Virus record (IMG/VR): IMGVR_UViG_3300048855_000217
Location: 1-39,810 of that record
Direction: 5' to 3' (one strand)
Source of the DNA: a virus
Taxonomy: Duplodnaviria > Caudoviricetes
DNA length: 39,810 nucleotides
The first letter of the stretch is position 1. Each line of letters opens with the position of its first letter. A model generated the notes under the pieces. That model was given only the letters and a program-made list of their open reading frames with translations. It searched no databases and was not told the DNA's origin. Both the position numbers and the translations under genes were made by a program. Below are positions 1 to 8,816 of the stretch, one piece after another.

Positions 1-22
1 TCAAGTCCCTCCTCCGCTACCA
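1..22 (+). tRNA. 3' end of a tRNA (T-loop, acceptor strand, CCA), probably tRNA-Met; integration target, truncated by window edge
   Basis: TCAAGTCCCTCCTCCGCTACCA fits (GGT)TCAAGTCC T-arm + 7-nt acceptor strand + discriminator + CCA. The anticodon is outside the window, so identity is from recall of alphaproteobacterial tRNA-Met 3' ends. Confidence 0.75.
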
Positions 23-24
23 CC
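11..24 (+). repeat. attL core (14-bp direct repeat)
   Basis: CCTCCGCTACCACC at 11-24 is identical to 39484-39497 and overlaps the tRNA 3' end and the recombinase 3' end. Confidence 0.85.
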
Positions 25-1890
25 ACCCTCCCCAACGGAGGCGGTGGCACTATCGAACAGCTTTCGATCAAGCAGGGCATCCAGCCCCCCGACGATCTCG
101 ATCTTCACCTGCTGCTTGGCGAAGGCACCCTTGCGCGGCTGGTCCGATCGGCTCACGATAATCTTCTCTACCACGCCCCGGATCATCTGCGCTGATGGCG
201 TGCTGCCGTCCGCCAGACACTGCGACAGGTTCTCTACCGCCGCATGGAAGCGTTGAAGCGCTGCCGGGTGAAGGGAGATCACCGACACGGGTTCGTCCGC
301 CGCTTGGAGCTTCCGGGTCAGTTCGGCCTTCTCGGCCTTCAAGGGCGCGCTCTGCGCCGCGAAGGCATCCACGTCGATCGCCTCCGCCATGTAGGCTTTG
401 AACATCATCGCGAGGTCGCGTTCTATCTTGGCGAGCCGCTTGGTGAGGGCGGCGTGCTGGCTAACAGCTTCCGACGCGAGACGGCGGCGCTCGGCCACGT
501 AGGTGTCCACATAGGCGCGCAGCACACGCGGATGAGCAAACTCGCGGCGAAGGCCACCGAGAACGGCTTCCTCGATCGTCTGCGCATAGGTGTTGACCGG
601 GGAGGGGCAGATGCCTGCTTCCGCTTTGCCGGAGCATTGTAGCCGCACGCGCCCGCTCTTGTCCTTGCCGTTGCTGGTGAGACTGGACCCGCAGTGACCA
701 CACCGCAGAAGCCCGGAGAACACCCGCTTGGGCGCTTGGGCGTCCCGACGCTCCTGCTTGAAGGCTCGTTCGACAGATCGCGCCTGAACGGCCTCCAAAG
801 CTCCTGCGGGACGATGCGGAGTTCCTCCACCTCGCTCTCGATCCAATCTTCCGACTGGTTGCTCCGGGAGACACGAAGGGCGGTGTCCGGGTTCTTCTCC
901 ATCGCCACCCGGTTCCAGACGCGCTTTCCAGCGTAGAGCGGGTTGTGGAGGATGCCGGTGGATCGATCCTTGTTGCCGTTCAGGGTTGACGCGCGCCAAA
1001 CGCCCAGTGTCTTTTCTGACGATCGAGGGGAGGGGACGCCGCGCCGGTTCAGGTCAGTGACGATTGCCAGCGGGCTCTCGCCAGCAGCATATCGCGTGAA
1101 GATTTCGAGGACGATCTCGGCTTCGGCTTCTTCGATCCGAAGATCGCCGCCACGGCCTCGATCAGCGTCCAGCCGGGGAAGTGAACGGTAGCCGTAGGAT
1201 CGACCACCAGCCGACTTACCGGCCCGCACAAGGCCGGTCATGGAGCGGCGGATCATGTCTGCGCCCTGCTCACGGGCCATTTGCCCCGCCATAGCGCTGA
1301 ACGTGGCGGATAGGCTCGTTAGCTCGACACCGCCTTCATTCGCGCAGAAGATTTTGACGCGGTGAAACTTGGCCCGCTTCATCGTGAAGGCGGAATCCTC
1401 CACGTCGCGGGCGAGGCGGGAGATGTTCTCGATCACGATGCGGTCGATCTTGCCTGCCGCCATGTCATCAATCATGCGGAGGAAGCCGGGACGGTTTAAT
1501 CGGCTCGCGCCGGAGATCGCCGCATCGGAGTAGACGGTGACCGTGGCATTCCAGCCGTGTCGCTTGATGAAATCGCGGCAGTGCGCGGCCTGATCCTCGA
1601 TTGATGTCTCGTCCTGCAACTCGGTGGAGTATCGGCAGTAGACGGCGACACGCAGAATCATGTCTCTGGGTCTTTCAGTAGTTCGGTCTTCTCGTGATCC
1701 TCCAAAGCGTGTTGGAGCGCAAGTGCGATCGCCATCCGAACTATCGGATCGTCAGGACTGTTCTCCTCGCTGAAGGGTTGGCATCGCTTCATTACTCATT
1801 TCTACCTCGGGAGACCCGCCGCCTGCATTATTTGAAACAACGTGTCGCAGGCGGGAGGTCTTGGCCGCTGAATGAGGATGGTCGTCCCGG

Positions 1891-3219
1891 TTAAGCCGCG
1901 TGCTTGGCCAGCGCGGCCTCGACACGGGCTTCGGCGATCGAGAAGATGCAGCGTCCCTTCCTGTCGGTTCCATTCTCGGCCCCGACAGCGCGCCGTCCGG
2001 TGTTCACTGCCGCGATGATGGTAGAACCGCTTCCCATCGTGGGATCGAGCACGAGCGCGTTCTCGTTGCTGTAGCTGCGGATGAGGTATTCGAGCAAAGC
2101 GACCGGCTTGGCGAAGGGGTGCAGCCCTTCAGCATCGGAGTCCTTGCCGAACCGCAACACCGAGCGGGGGCAGTCTTTCAGCCCGATGTAAGGCGTTCCC
2201 TCGGGCCTCCGGCTGTGCGTGTTGGCGAGATAGTTGACCGTGCGATCACGTTTGGCGGTGATCTTCTCGACCTTGGTTGCTCCCTGCGGATTGAAGGTCA
2301 TCGCTCGTTTCGAGCGGCTTCCGATGACGGTTCCCTTCGAGAAGATCAGGATGTTCTCGTGCGCCTTGAGATGCCAGTTTGCCGACTGCTGAAAGCCAGT
2401 CGCCTTCGGTTTCTCCCAGATAAGTTCCTGCTTCAGCAAATCAGGAGCCGCGTTGATGAGCTTGTTGGTGAACGGATGCGCGCCGAAGCAGACGATCGCA
2501 CCGCGCGAAGTGACGATCCGCGTCATCTCCGTCATCCAAGCGTCGAGATCGATGGTCGGGTCGATCTTGAGACCGGTCATTCCATACGGAAGGTCGGCCA
2601 GCACAAGATCAACGCTGGCGTCGGGCAGGCCATGCATCATCGCGAGACCGTCACCGTGGTGGAGGGTGGGCGCGGCTGCGCTGGTGGGCAGAACAAGCAC
2701 GGCATCGTTTGCAGCCTTGGGAGTGGTGGCCGGGGCAGCGGCGGCGGGAACCTTGCGGATCTTCACCGGGGCCTTCTTGGCCGACGCTTTCATCACGGGC
2801 GCGGGAGCCTTGGCCTTCAAGCGCCAGCGTTCCGGCTTGGCCTCGGCTTCGATCAGGTTGGGATGCGCGGCAGCGAGCTTGCGCATACGATTGTAGACGG
2901 TGGCTTCCACGACGGTGATCCCCATCGCTACGAGCGCAGCCCGGATTGAGCCCACTGCCTTGAACTCGTGGCCGAGGGTGGCGAGGAGATCAGCGTCGGC
3001 AACACCCTTGCGAGGAGGAGCTGCGGTAGCAGCCTCAATGTTGGGGGCCGCATCGACGGCCACAGGAGCAGCAACCGTCTGGTCGTCATCATTGGCGGTG
3101 AGTTCGGCGAGAACCGCGATGGCGTTGCGGATCGCATCCGCCTTCGCGCGGCGAGCTTCAGCTTCGGCGGCGAGTGCATCGGCCTTGGCGAGGAGGTGGT
3201 TGAGGTCGGGGATGTTCAT
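1891..3219 (-). CDS. DNA N6-adenine/N4-cytosine methyltransferase (beta class) with ~185-aa N-terminal extension
   Basis: DLPY catalytic motif, HPFAKP, LDPTMGSGST SAM-binding motif. N-terminus has a coiled coil, a wHTH-like segment and an Ala/Lys-rich linker. Confidence 0.88.
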   Translation of the reverse strand: MNIPDLNHLLAKADALAAEAEARRAKADAIRNAIAVLAELTANDDDQTVAAPVAVDAAPNIEAATAAPPRKGVADADLLATLGHEFKAVGSIRAALVAMGITVVEATVYNRMRKLAAAHPNLIEAEAKPERWRLKAKAPAPVMKASAKKAPVKIRKVPAAAAPATTPKAANDAVLVLPTSAAAPTLHHGDGLAMMHGLPDASVDLVLADLPYGMTGLKIDPTIDLDAWMTEMTRIVTSRGAIVCFGAHPFTNKLINAAPDLLKQELIWEKPKATGFQQSANWHLKAHENILIFSKGTVIGSRSKRAMTFNPQGATKVEKITAKRDRTVNYLANTHSRRPEGTPYIGLKDCPRSVLRFGKDSDAEGLHPFAKPVALLEYLIRSYSNENALVLDPTMGSGSTIIAAVNTGRRAVGAENGTDRKGRCIFSIAEARVEAALAKHAA

Positions 3220-3333
3220 GTCTTCAGCCCTTTCGTTTCGATGGGCCGGTTATGTCAGCGACCGAACTGCGCCTCATCGCAGCACTAATCCGGTCCTGTT
3301 GACCTCAAGAACGTGTCTTGGCACTCGACCGGA

Positions 3334-3984
3334 ATGACTGACCGGGACGACGTGCTCCGCCGTATGCGTGAGCTATTTCAGCGCTGGCATGCCGAGCATG
3401 GTGAGAATGGCCGCAAGAACGCGCTCGGTAATCTCAAGGGGCGAGTGGGTGCCTTGCGGAGCAGTCGTCAGCGAACGATCGCTTGGGCCGAAAGCCTGCT
3501 GCCAGTGGTGGAGCAGGCCCGCAACGAACTGGGCGCGTCGATCGGCCCAATGGCGCTTGCGGACTGGCTGAACGATCGGCACCACAAGACCAGCACGGGC
3601 AATCGCTTTCGTGGTCCGAACCTCGGTCTGACCCTGTTCAGCGTCGATCGTATGATCGCAAAGGATGCAGTGCTTGAATGCCGCACTAAGATGTCGGCCC
3701 TCGCCCTATCTGCCGACTTCACGGTTCCACCCGCTGACGCTGCCCCCCTCGAAATCGAATGCTTGGAGCGGATCAAGGAAGGCATCGTGCTGGCGCGACG
3801 GTTGGAAAATCGTTTCGCGTTGCCGGAGGACCAACTCACACGCGAAGCGCGGCAGATGGCAATCGACGAGTCGAAGCGGCAGCGTGACGATCGCGAATAT
3901 CTCCCGATGATCGCCCGCGATTGCTACCTCACCATGGCGGAGTTCGATGAAGCGGTTCCCGACATGGAGCGGCTGGCGAAGTGA
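3334..3984 (+). CDS. Hypothetical protein with recombinase-domain-like segment
   Basis: 216-aa ORF. LADWLNDRHHKTSTGNRF resembles the IA..LN..G..T..G..W recombinase DNA-binding motif. Confidence 0.55.
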   Translation: MTDRDDVLRRMRELFQRWHAEHGENGRKNALGNLKGRVGALRSSRQRTIAWAESLLPVVEQARNELGASIGPMALADWLNDRHHKTSTGNRFRGPNLGLTLFSVDRMIAKDAVLECRTKMSALALSADFTVPPADAAPLEIECLERIKEGIVLARRLENRFALPEDQLTREARQMAIDESKRQRDDREYLPMIARDCYLTMAEFDEAVPDMERLAK

Positions 3985-4014
3985 GGGCAGGGGCAGAGCT
4001 TGCGACTGGCTTCC

Positions 4015-4479
4015 TCACGAGGGGACATGCTTCCAGATGATGCGCTGAAGCACCTTGTCTATGGTTCGACAGTGGACGCCGAAGCGGGCGGCGATCTCCG
4101 AGTTCGATGCCGAACCTCCCAACGACCGGATGAGGATCACATCCCCCACCGTGAGCTTCTTCGCCATTGATCCACGGCGTGCCGCTTCCTGCATGTTGAG
4201 GGACTGATCACCCACATCGAGGTGCTCGGGGTTCACGCAGGCCCGATTATGGCAGCGATGCATCACGGTCTCATGCCGGGAAGTGAACTCGTGCCCATGA
4301 ACCAGATGCACCATCAAGCGGTGCGCGCCCTTGATGCCGAACTGAATGACGATCCAATCGGGACCAATCTGCCCATAGCCGTCCTTGGTCACCGGGCCAG
4401 TCCATTCGCGACATCCGGTGCTGCTTGGGACAGAGTTGTTGTATAGGTAGTTGAGCGCTTTCGCTTTCTGCTTATCCAT
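4015..4479 (-). CDS. Free-standing HNH homing-type endonuclease with C-terminal HTH
   Basis: GCREWTG..GYG..AHRL..VMHRCHNRACVNPEHL..N motif, C-terminal IAARFGV HTH, AGGAG RBS. Confidence 0.85.
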   Translation of the reverse strand: MDKQKAKALNYLYNNSVPSSTGCREWTGPVTKDGYGQIGPDWIVIQFGIKGAHRLMVHLVHGHEFTSRHETVMHRCHNRACVNPEHLDVGDQSLNMQEAARRGSMAKKLTVGDVILIRSLGGSASNSEIAARFGVHCRTIDKVLQRIIWKHVPS

Positions 4480-4483
4480 GTGT

Positions 4484-4511
4484 CTCCTGAATTTGGCTTC
4501 AGGAGTATTTA
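4484..4511 (-). promoter_or_regulatory. TAAATA promoter motif abutting an RBS-sequestering hairpin
   Basis: Minus strand reads TAAATA CTCCTGAA GCCAAA TTCAGGAG ACAC ATG; perfect 8-bp stem containing AGGAG. Confidence 0.75.
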
Positions 4512-4793
4512 TCTCTCGACCTAAAAGGCTGTGCCGATTTCAAGACCTCATCAGCGGGAGATCAATACCAGTTGATAATGCGTGCTGCTCCCCCGCTGAT
4601 TGGACGCATAAACGCCATAGCGTCGCAGCATGGATCAAGAGGCCGAGCGCTTCGCACTCGTCCTGCTACATCTACTGGTCCGCTCATGCGCTTGGCGCGC
4701 ATTCACGAACCAGTGAGTAGCCTTTGCATTGAGGATAGGAGCGAAGCACATCAGGAGAACAGGTGTGTATCATCCTCGGGGAGAAGAGACACT

Positions 4794-4891
4794 TCTGTCC
4801 CCTCCCTCTACCAAGGCTTACATAAACGGTGATCTGGTGATCAGTCCGACAATCCTCACGGGATCGATGCTTGGTAGAGGGAGGGGACAGA
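4794..4891. repeat. Perfect 22-bp inverted repeat with 54-nt spacer
   Basis: TCTGTCCCCTCCCTCTACCAAG (4794-4815) and its reverse complement (4870-4891). Confidence 0.9.
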
Positions 4892-5342
4892 TAGATTCAT
4901 CATCCTGCGGGTGATCGAAACTGTTTGCGCGCGCCGGATACAGGGGAGGCGGTCGCCTTTGGTCCTCCCCCCGTCGCGTCTGTCTGGAAACTCGCAGTGT
5001 TCTGGGAATGCCCCCACGGGGCAACATCCGGCCGCGATATCCACAACTGGTTAACTCGATTGAGTAGCGCTCGACCAAGCCGCACGTTCACTCATGCTCG
5101 ATCGAACAGGCGGATGTCGCTATGACAGAGCCACCTTACTTTCAGCATCCTTGACCGGACACTCGGCTCCTAACGCTTCTGCTTGGCGCGGCAACCTACA
5201 CAACGGCCGGGAGTCCCATGTTGGAAGCCTCTATGAACTTCCACCCGTTCCACCCGCTCCATTTTGCGGGCTTCGTGCGCAACAGGCTGCGCCACACCAT
5301 CAGGACAAGAGTCAACATAGCAAAGCCACGATCGCTCCGCAG

Positions 5343-5348
5343 TATTTA
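5343..5348 (-). promoter_or_regulatory. TAAATA motif pointing into the non-coding region
   Basis: TATTTA on + strand (CTAAATACTGCGG on minus); no convincing ORF follows. Confidence 0.4.
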
Positions 5349-5413
5349 GTTTTGTAATTGCGGCAAAACGTGATGGTTACCGCAAGAATAAGGCAAGTGC
5401 TCTACGGTGCCAA

Positions 5414-6100
5414 TCAGACTTTTGCCCGATCGTAGAACTCGTCGCACACGGGCTTTGCCTCGGCCGCGTTCCCAAGCTTCAGCTTAAGCGGTCTGCCACG
5501 CCGCTTCGGAGCCGGTGCCGCGTCCTGAGCCTCGACAGGTGCGACGGTCTCCACGGCTGTCTTCTTCCGCGCCGTTTCCACGAGCGCCATAGCGGCACCG
5601 GTCTCGGGTGACCCAGCCTTCGAAACGCGTGGTTTCCGGGCAGGCTTGGCGGGTGCGGCGGCGACCACGGCAGCAGCAGCAACCGCCGCACCGACGACAG
5701 TGGCGGCGACAGCTTTCCGCCCGAGCCCCAGCGACTTCGCCATCTCACTGCGGGCCGCGCTGTAGCTCGCGCTGGTCATCGGGTAATCGTGCGGAAGGCC
5801 GAACGTCTCGCGATAGCTCTCCGGCGTGTAGCCGTGACGGTTGATGTGACGGCGGAGCGTCTGATACTTCTTGCCGTCAATCATCGAAATGAGCCCATCG
5901 GGCTTGATGCTGGCACGAACCGATACGGCACCCTTGGGCTTTTCCGGCTCGACGGGCTCAGGAGCCTTCCCCAATCCAGCAAGCGCCTCGTGAACCGATT
6001 TGATCAAGTCGGGCAGCTCGCTGGCCGACACTTTGTTTCCCGCCACCTGCGCGGCAACAATGTCGGCGGTGAGTTCAACGAGATCGACTGGTTGGGACAT
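5414..6100 (-). CDS. mucR: MucR/Ros family regulator with Ala/Lys/Pro-rich C-terminal tail and AT-hook-like motif
   Basis: ELTADIVAA..N.V...ELP.LI..VH.AL, AVSVRASIKPD.LISMIDGKKYQTLRRH, YRETFGLP.DYPM....YS..RS..AK.LGLG; tail contains KRRGRP. Confidence 0.92.
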   Translation of the reverse strand: MSQPVDLVELTADIVAAQVAGNKVSASELPDLIKSVHEALAGLGKAPEPVEPEKPKGAVSVRASIKPDGLISMIDGKKYQTLRRHINRHGYTPESYRETFGLPHDYPMTSASYSAARSEMAKSLGLGRKAVAATVVGAAVAAAAVVAAAPAKPARKPRVSKAGSPETGAAMALVETARKKTAVETVAPVEAQDAAPAPKRRGRPLKLKLGNAAEAKPVCDEFYDRAKV

Positions 6101-6226
6101 GCGGGGCAACCTTGAGGCTTGAGCTTTTCCTGCCTCTAACATCGAAGGTCGGGCAGGGCTATCCCAACAGTTCAGTGAGAACACGGCATTTTCGCGGGCT
6201 ATCCAGTCGATCTGCAAGCAGCGAGG

Positions 6227-6232
6227 TAAATA
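6227..6232 (+). promoter_or_regulatory. TAAATA promoter motif (leadered, SD-containing gene)
   Basis: TAAATA followed by a 27-nt leader containing AGGAG before ATG 6260. Confidence 0.55.
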
Positions 6233-6259
6233 TTTTGCGAACCGACGCATAGGAGAGAC

Positions 6260-6451
6260 ATGAAGTCCAACATAGCCATCACCACGGCCAGCATCATCTG
6301 GCTCACAATCATCGCGGCGAGTGCCGTGGCAGTTCACCTAATCCCTCATGTGGTCGTGGCAGCATTGGCCGCTTACCGGCTTTATGAATGGACTGCGGAC
6401 GGAGTGATAATTTGCCTGCGGTTCGTGCGGGAGCGGCGACAGCGCCTCTGA
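6260..6451 (+). CDS. Small membrane protein
   Basis: AGGAG RBS, hydrophobic 63-aa ORF with basic C-terminus. Confidence 0.55.
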   Translation: MKSNIAITTASIIWLTIIAASAVAVHLIPHVVVAALAAYRLYEWTADGVIICLRFVRERRQRL

Positions 6452-6510
6452 TCTGGTAAGTCCTCGTCCAGCAAACCCGGGTGCAGCCGGTAGGGCGGTG
6501 GCCGAGAAGC

Positions 6511-6523
6511 TAAATATGGGGTG
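6511..6523 (+). promoter_or_regulatory. TAAATA-N4-GTG leaderless-type promoter/start
   Basis: TAAATA TGGG GTG; no SD. Confidence 0.7.
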
Positions 6524-7183
6524 CTACCCCTCGACACCATCACAGCGGGCGATTGCCTGAACTTGCTTCCGCAGATCCCATCATCATCGGTGGATCTTAT
6601 CCTGACCGATCCGCCATACGGCATGGCCTACCAGTCGTCGCACCGCGCGGTGCCGTTCCAGAAGATCGCCGGGGATCAATCGTGCGAGGTGTTCCTGCAA
6701 GCGTTGCCCGAGATGGTCCGCATTCTGAGGGATGATAGGCACGCCTACTTCTTCTGCTCATGGCACAACGTCGATGTTTTCAAGCAGGCGATTGAGGGTC
6801 ACCTCACGATCAAGAACATCATCGTCTGGGTGAAAAACAACCATGGTGCGGGCGATCTCAAGGGAGCATTCGCCCCCAAACACGAATTGATCATCTTCGC
6901 TCATAAGGGGCGGAGGCACCTCCGGGGCAAACGCCTCCCGGACGTGCTGGAATGTCCGAAGGTGGCAGGCGTGTCGCTCACCCATCCCACGGAGAAGCCG
7001 GTGCCCCTACTGGCGCAGTTGATCGCGGCTTCGAGCGAGGAGGGGGAGATCGTCCTCGACCCATTCATAGGCACGGGAGCAACCGCCGCCGCAGCGAAGA
7101 ACTCCGGTCGGCGCTACATCGGCATGGAGTGCGATCTCGGCTACGTGAACATCGCGAACAATCGCCTGAGTTCTGATGCCTGA
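6521..7183 (+). CDS. DNA adenine/N4-cytosine methyltransferase (beta class)
   Basis: TDPPY, HPTEKP, LDPFIGTG motifs. Confidence 0.92.
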   Translation: MLPLDTITAGDCLNLLPQIPSSSVDLILTDPPYGMAYQSSHRAVPFQKIAGDQSCEVFLQALPEMVRILRDDRHAYFFCSWHNVDVFKQAIEGHLTIKNIIVWVKNNHGAGDLKGAFAPKHELIIFAHKGRRHLRGKRLPDVLECPKVAGVSLTHPTEKPVPLLAQLIAASSEEGEIVLDPFIGTGATAAAAKNSGRRYIGMECDLGYVNIANNRLSSDA

Positions 7184-7227
7184 GCTTCCAGCCAAGTCGG
7201 CAGTGAACGTGGGACCGGTCGTCATTG

Positions 7228-7261
7228 AAAGACGCCCCAACGTTTCCGTCAGGGCGTCTTT
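7228..7261. terminator. Bidirectional intrinsic terminator
   Basis: AAAGACGCCC...GGGCGTCTTT hairpin between convergent genes. Confidence 0.7.
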
Positions 7262-7277
7262 AGGTCAGTGAGCCGAC

Positions 7278-7490
7278 TTAGCGGGTGGTTCGCTTGTCCC
7301 CATAAACCTCACGCTTACGCGGGATCAGGCCCGCCAGTCCAAGAAGCCCGAAAAGACCCCAAGGAATGTGGTTCTCGTCGTCCCGTGCGGTGGATGCGGT
7401 GCCATCGCCGGTAGCCTGCGCGCTCACCATAGTGGGAGTGACGGCGAGGAAGGCAGATGCTGCGATGATCAGTGGAAGCTTGGTTTTCAT
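7278..7490 (-). CDS. Small exported WGxxGxxG-type protein
   Basis: Signal peptide then IPWGLFGLLGLAGL and a basic tail. Confidence 0.8.
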   Translation of the reverse strand: MKTKLPLIIAASAFLAVTPTMVSAQATGDGTASTARDDENHIPWGLFGLLGLAGLIPRKREVYGDKRTTR

Positions 7491-7525
7491 GCGGTTTTCC
7501 TTTGACGCGTTCTTGGGCAACATGA

Positions 7526-7750
7526 TCAAGCTATGCGGGCCCCACCGCCGCGCTTGCGCAGTCCGAATAGACCGGCCAGCCCCAGCAGCCCGAGGTAATC
7601 CCACGGTATCCGCTGATCCTGTCCCTCGGACGTGCGTTCCTGTGTCTCAGTCGCGATGCTGGTGTCATTGGCGATCTGCTGGGCAAACAGCGCAGGCGAC
7701 ATCGTGCCCCCAAGCGCAACAGCTACAATAATGCGTGTATGTAAGCGCAT
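7526..7750 (-). CDS. Small exported WGxxGxxG-type protein (paralogue)
   Basis: Signal peptide, IPWDYLGLLGLAGLFGLRKR, AGGAGG RBS. Confidence 0.75.
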   Translation of the reverse strand: MRLHTRIIVAVALGGTMSPALFAQQIANDTSIATETQERTSEGQDQRIPWDYLGLLGLAGLFGLRKRGGGARIA

Positions 7751-7790
7751 GTAGAATCCCCTCCTGCCATTATTGTTATTGATCACGCAA

Positions 7791-7815
7791 AACATAGAAC
7801 ATCCACACATGTTCC
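7791..7815 (-). promoter_or_regulatory. Putative EcfG (general stress sigma) promoter
   Basis: GGAAC-N17-GTT on minus strand upstream of the WGxxGxxG pair. Confidence 0.6.
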
Positions 7816-7906
7816 ATATTCACCACCATGATGTAGATCAGTATGCCTCCATTAGAGGTAATCTCAAAGGATCAGCGTCTCAACCACTGGAGAGTATTGA
7901 TGCATG

Positions 7907-7919
7907 TAAATACCGGATG
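7907..7919 (+). promoter_or_regulatory. TAAATA-N4-ATG
   Basis: TAAATA CCGG ATG. Confidence 0.75.
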
Positions 7920-8285
7920 CCCAACAAGCCCGCCACGTTCGGCCGCACAGCCCCCGCACAACGTCGAGGCGGGTCAACGACCCTTCGGGATCACAGCCGC
8001 ACCTATCGTGCGCTGTGCGCCTTGCTGCTCGGTCAGGAGCCGCTCTGCCGCTACTGTCGGGCCGAAGGTCTCATCACGCCTGCCACGGTGATCGACCACA
8101 TCGTTGCGCTGAGCCTCGGAGGCAGCAACGATCCGTTGAACCTCACGCCTGCCTGCAAGGGGTGCAACGACGCAAAGGCTGGAGATGAGCGGGCGTTTAC
8201 CGCGAAGGGCTATGAACTTGAGGACATTGCCTTTGATCCCACCATGGCGGCGTGGCTCGCGGCTGGCGGCATCCAGCGGAACTGA
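7917..8285 (+). CDS. HNH endonuclease, terminase-associated (HK97 gp74-like)
   Basis: EPLCRYC..ATVIDHIV.L..GG....NL...C..CN; position upstream of cos/terS. Start set at the TAAATA-linked ATG. Confidence 0.88.
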   Translation: MPNKPATFGRTAPAQRRGGSTTLRDHSRTYRALCALLLGQEPLCRYCRAEGLITPATVIDHIVALSLGGSNDPLNLTPACKGCNDAKAGDERAFTAKGYELEDIAFDPTMAAWLAAGGIQRN

Positions 8286-8328
8286 CTAAGAAGCCTCTCG
8301 GGACGAGAAGGCGAACGCCTACTCGGTC

Positions 8329-8739
8329 ATGGGGGACGATGTGGCGATCAGCTTCGATAACGGCTCGGTGAGCGTGGACAACGACTTCGCTCGCTTCGGC
8401 GCGAAGAGCTATGCGATCAACAAGATCAATACGGTTGAGGTGAGGGAGCGTCAGCCGCACGGGATCGGTTCGGCCATAATCTGTGCGATCATCGCGATCC
8501 TGTGCCTCATGGCGGCAATCGGCAAGATTACCGATGGAAAATCGGATGAGGTGCTTAGCACCTTTCTTTTCGCCGCAATCTTCGGTGGCATTGCCTACTG
8601 GTGCTGGGTGAGGAGCAAGATCCTCGAGTATCAGCTTTATCTCATGACCACATCCTCAGAGGCGCAGGCATATACATCGCGGGATGCCGAAACAGTTTCC
8701 GAACTTCGCACCCAGATCGAGCGGGCAATGACACGATAG
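8329..8739 (+). CDS. Two-TM membrane protein (DUF6232-like), cargo
   Basis: FGAKSYAINKINTVEV followed by two hydrophobic helices and Y.L.L.T.S.E motif. Confidence 0.7.
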   Translation: MGDDVAISFDNGSVSVDNDFARFGAKSYAINKINTVEVRERQPHGIGSAIICAIIAILCLMAAIGKITDGKSDEVLSTFLFAAIFGGIAYWCWVRSKILEYQLYLMTTSSEAQAYTSRDAETVSELRTQIERAMTR

Positions 8740-8816
8740 CCGTATACGATGCCAGAAGCGGCGGATGGCCAAACACCCGCCGCGACTGGCGATCGCGTTC
8801 TAAGGGACTCACTGGA

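Larger units (their letters stand above)
1..1661 (-). pseudogene. Large serine recombinase (integrase), frameshifted near 795
   Basis: N-terminal frame has YCRYST catalytic motif, ISRLAR and recombinase domain up to ELRIVPQELW. A second frame continues EAVQAR...FSGLLRCGHCGS (Zn ribbon) and a coiled coil. One extra G (TGG GAG) would join them into ~553 aa. Confidence 0.9.

Noticed and set aside
1694-1973. Short ORFs between integrase and methyltransferase as excisionase
   Set aside because: No HTH or RDF-like features, and they overlap the MTase end.
1900-2949. Long antisense ORFs (also 21813-23225, 27612-29006, 29216-31081 and similar)
   Set aside because: Shadow or alternate frames of well-supported genes in high-GC DNA, with no recognisable motifs.
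6101-6337. Upstream extensions in the ORF track for MucR, HNH, DUF2971, protease, connector, tape measure, kinase and fibre
   Set aside because: Extensions overlap neighbouring genes or promoters; starts were reset to family-consistent or TAAATA-linked ATGs.
7192-7224. Very degenerate candidates for the 32-bp palindrome (also near 10300-10330 and 13925-13960)
   Set aside because: Need gaps and match only short arms; at cargo edges but too weak to call without a profile search.
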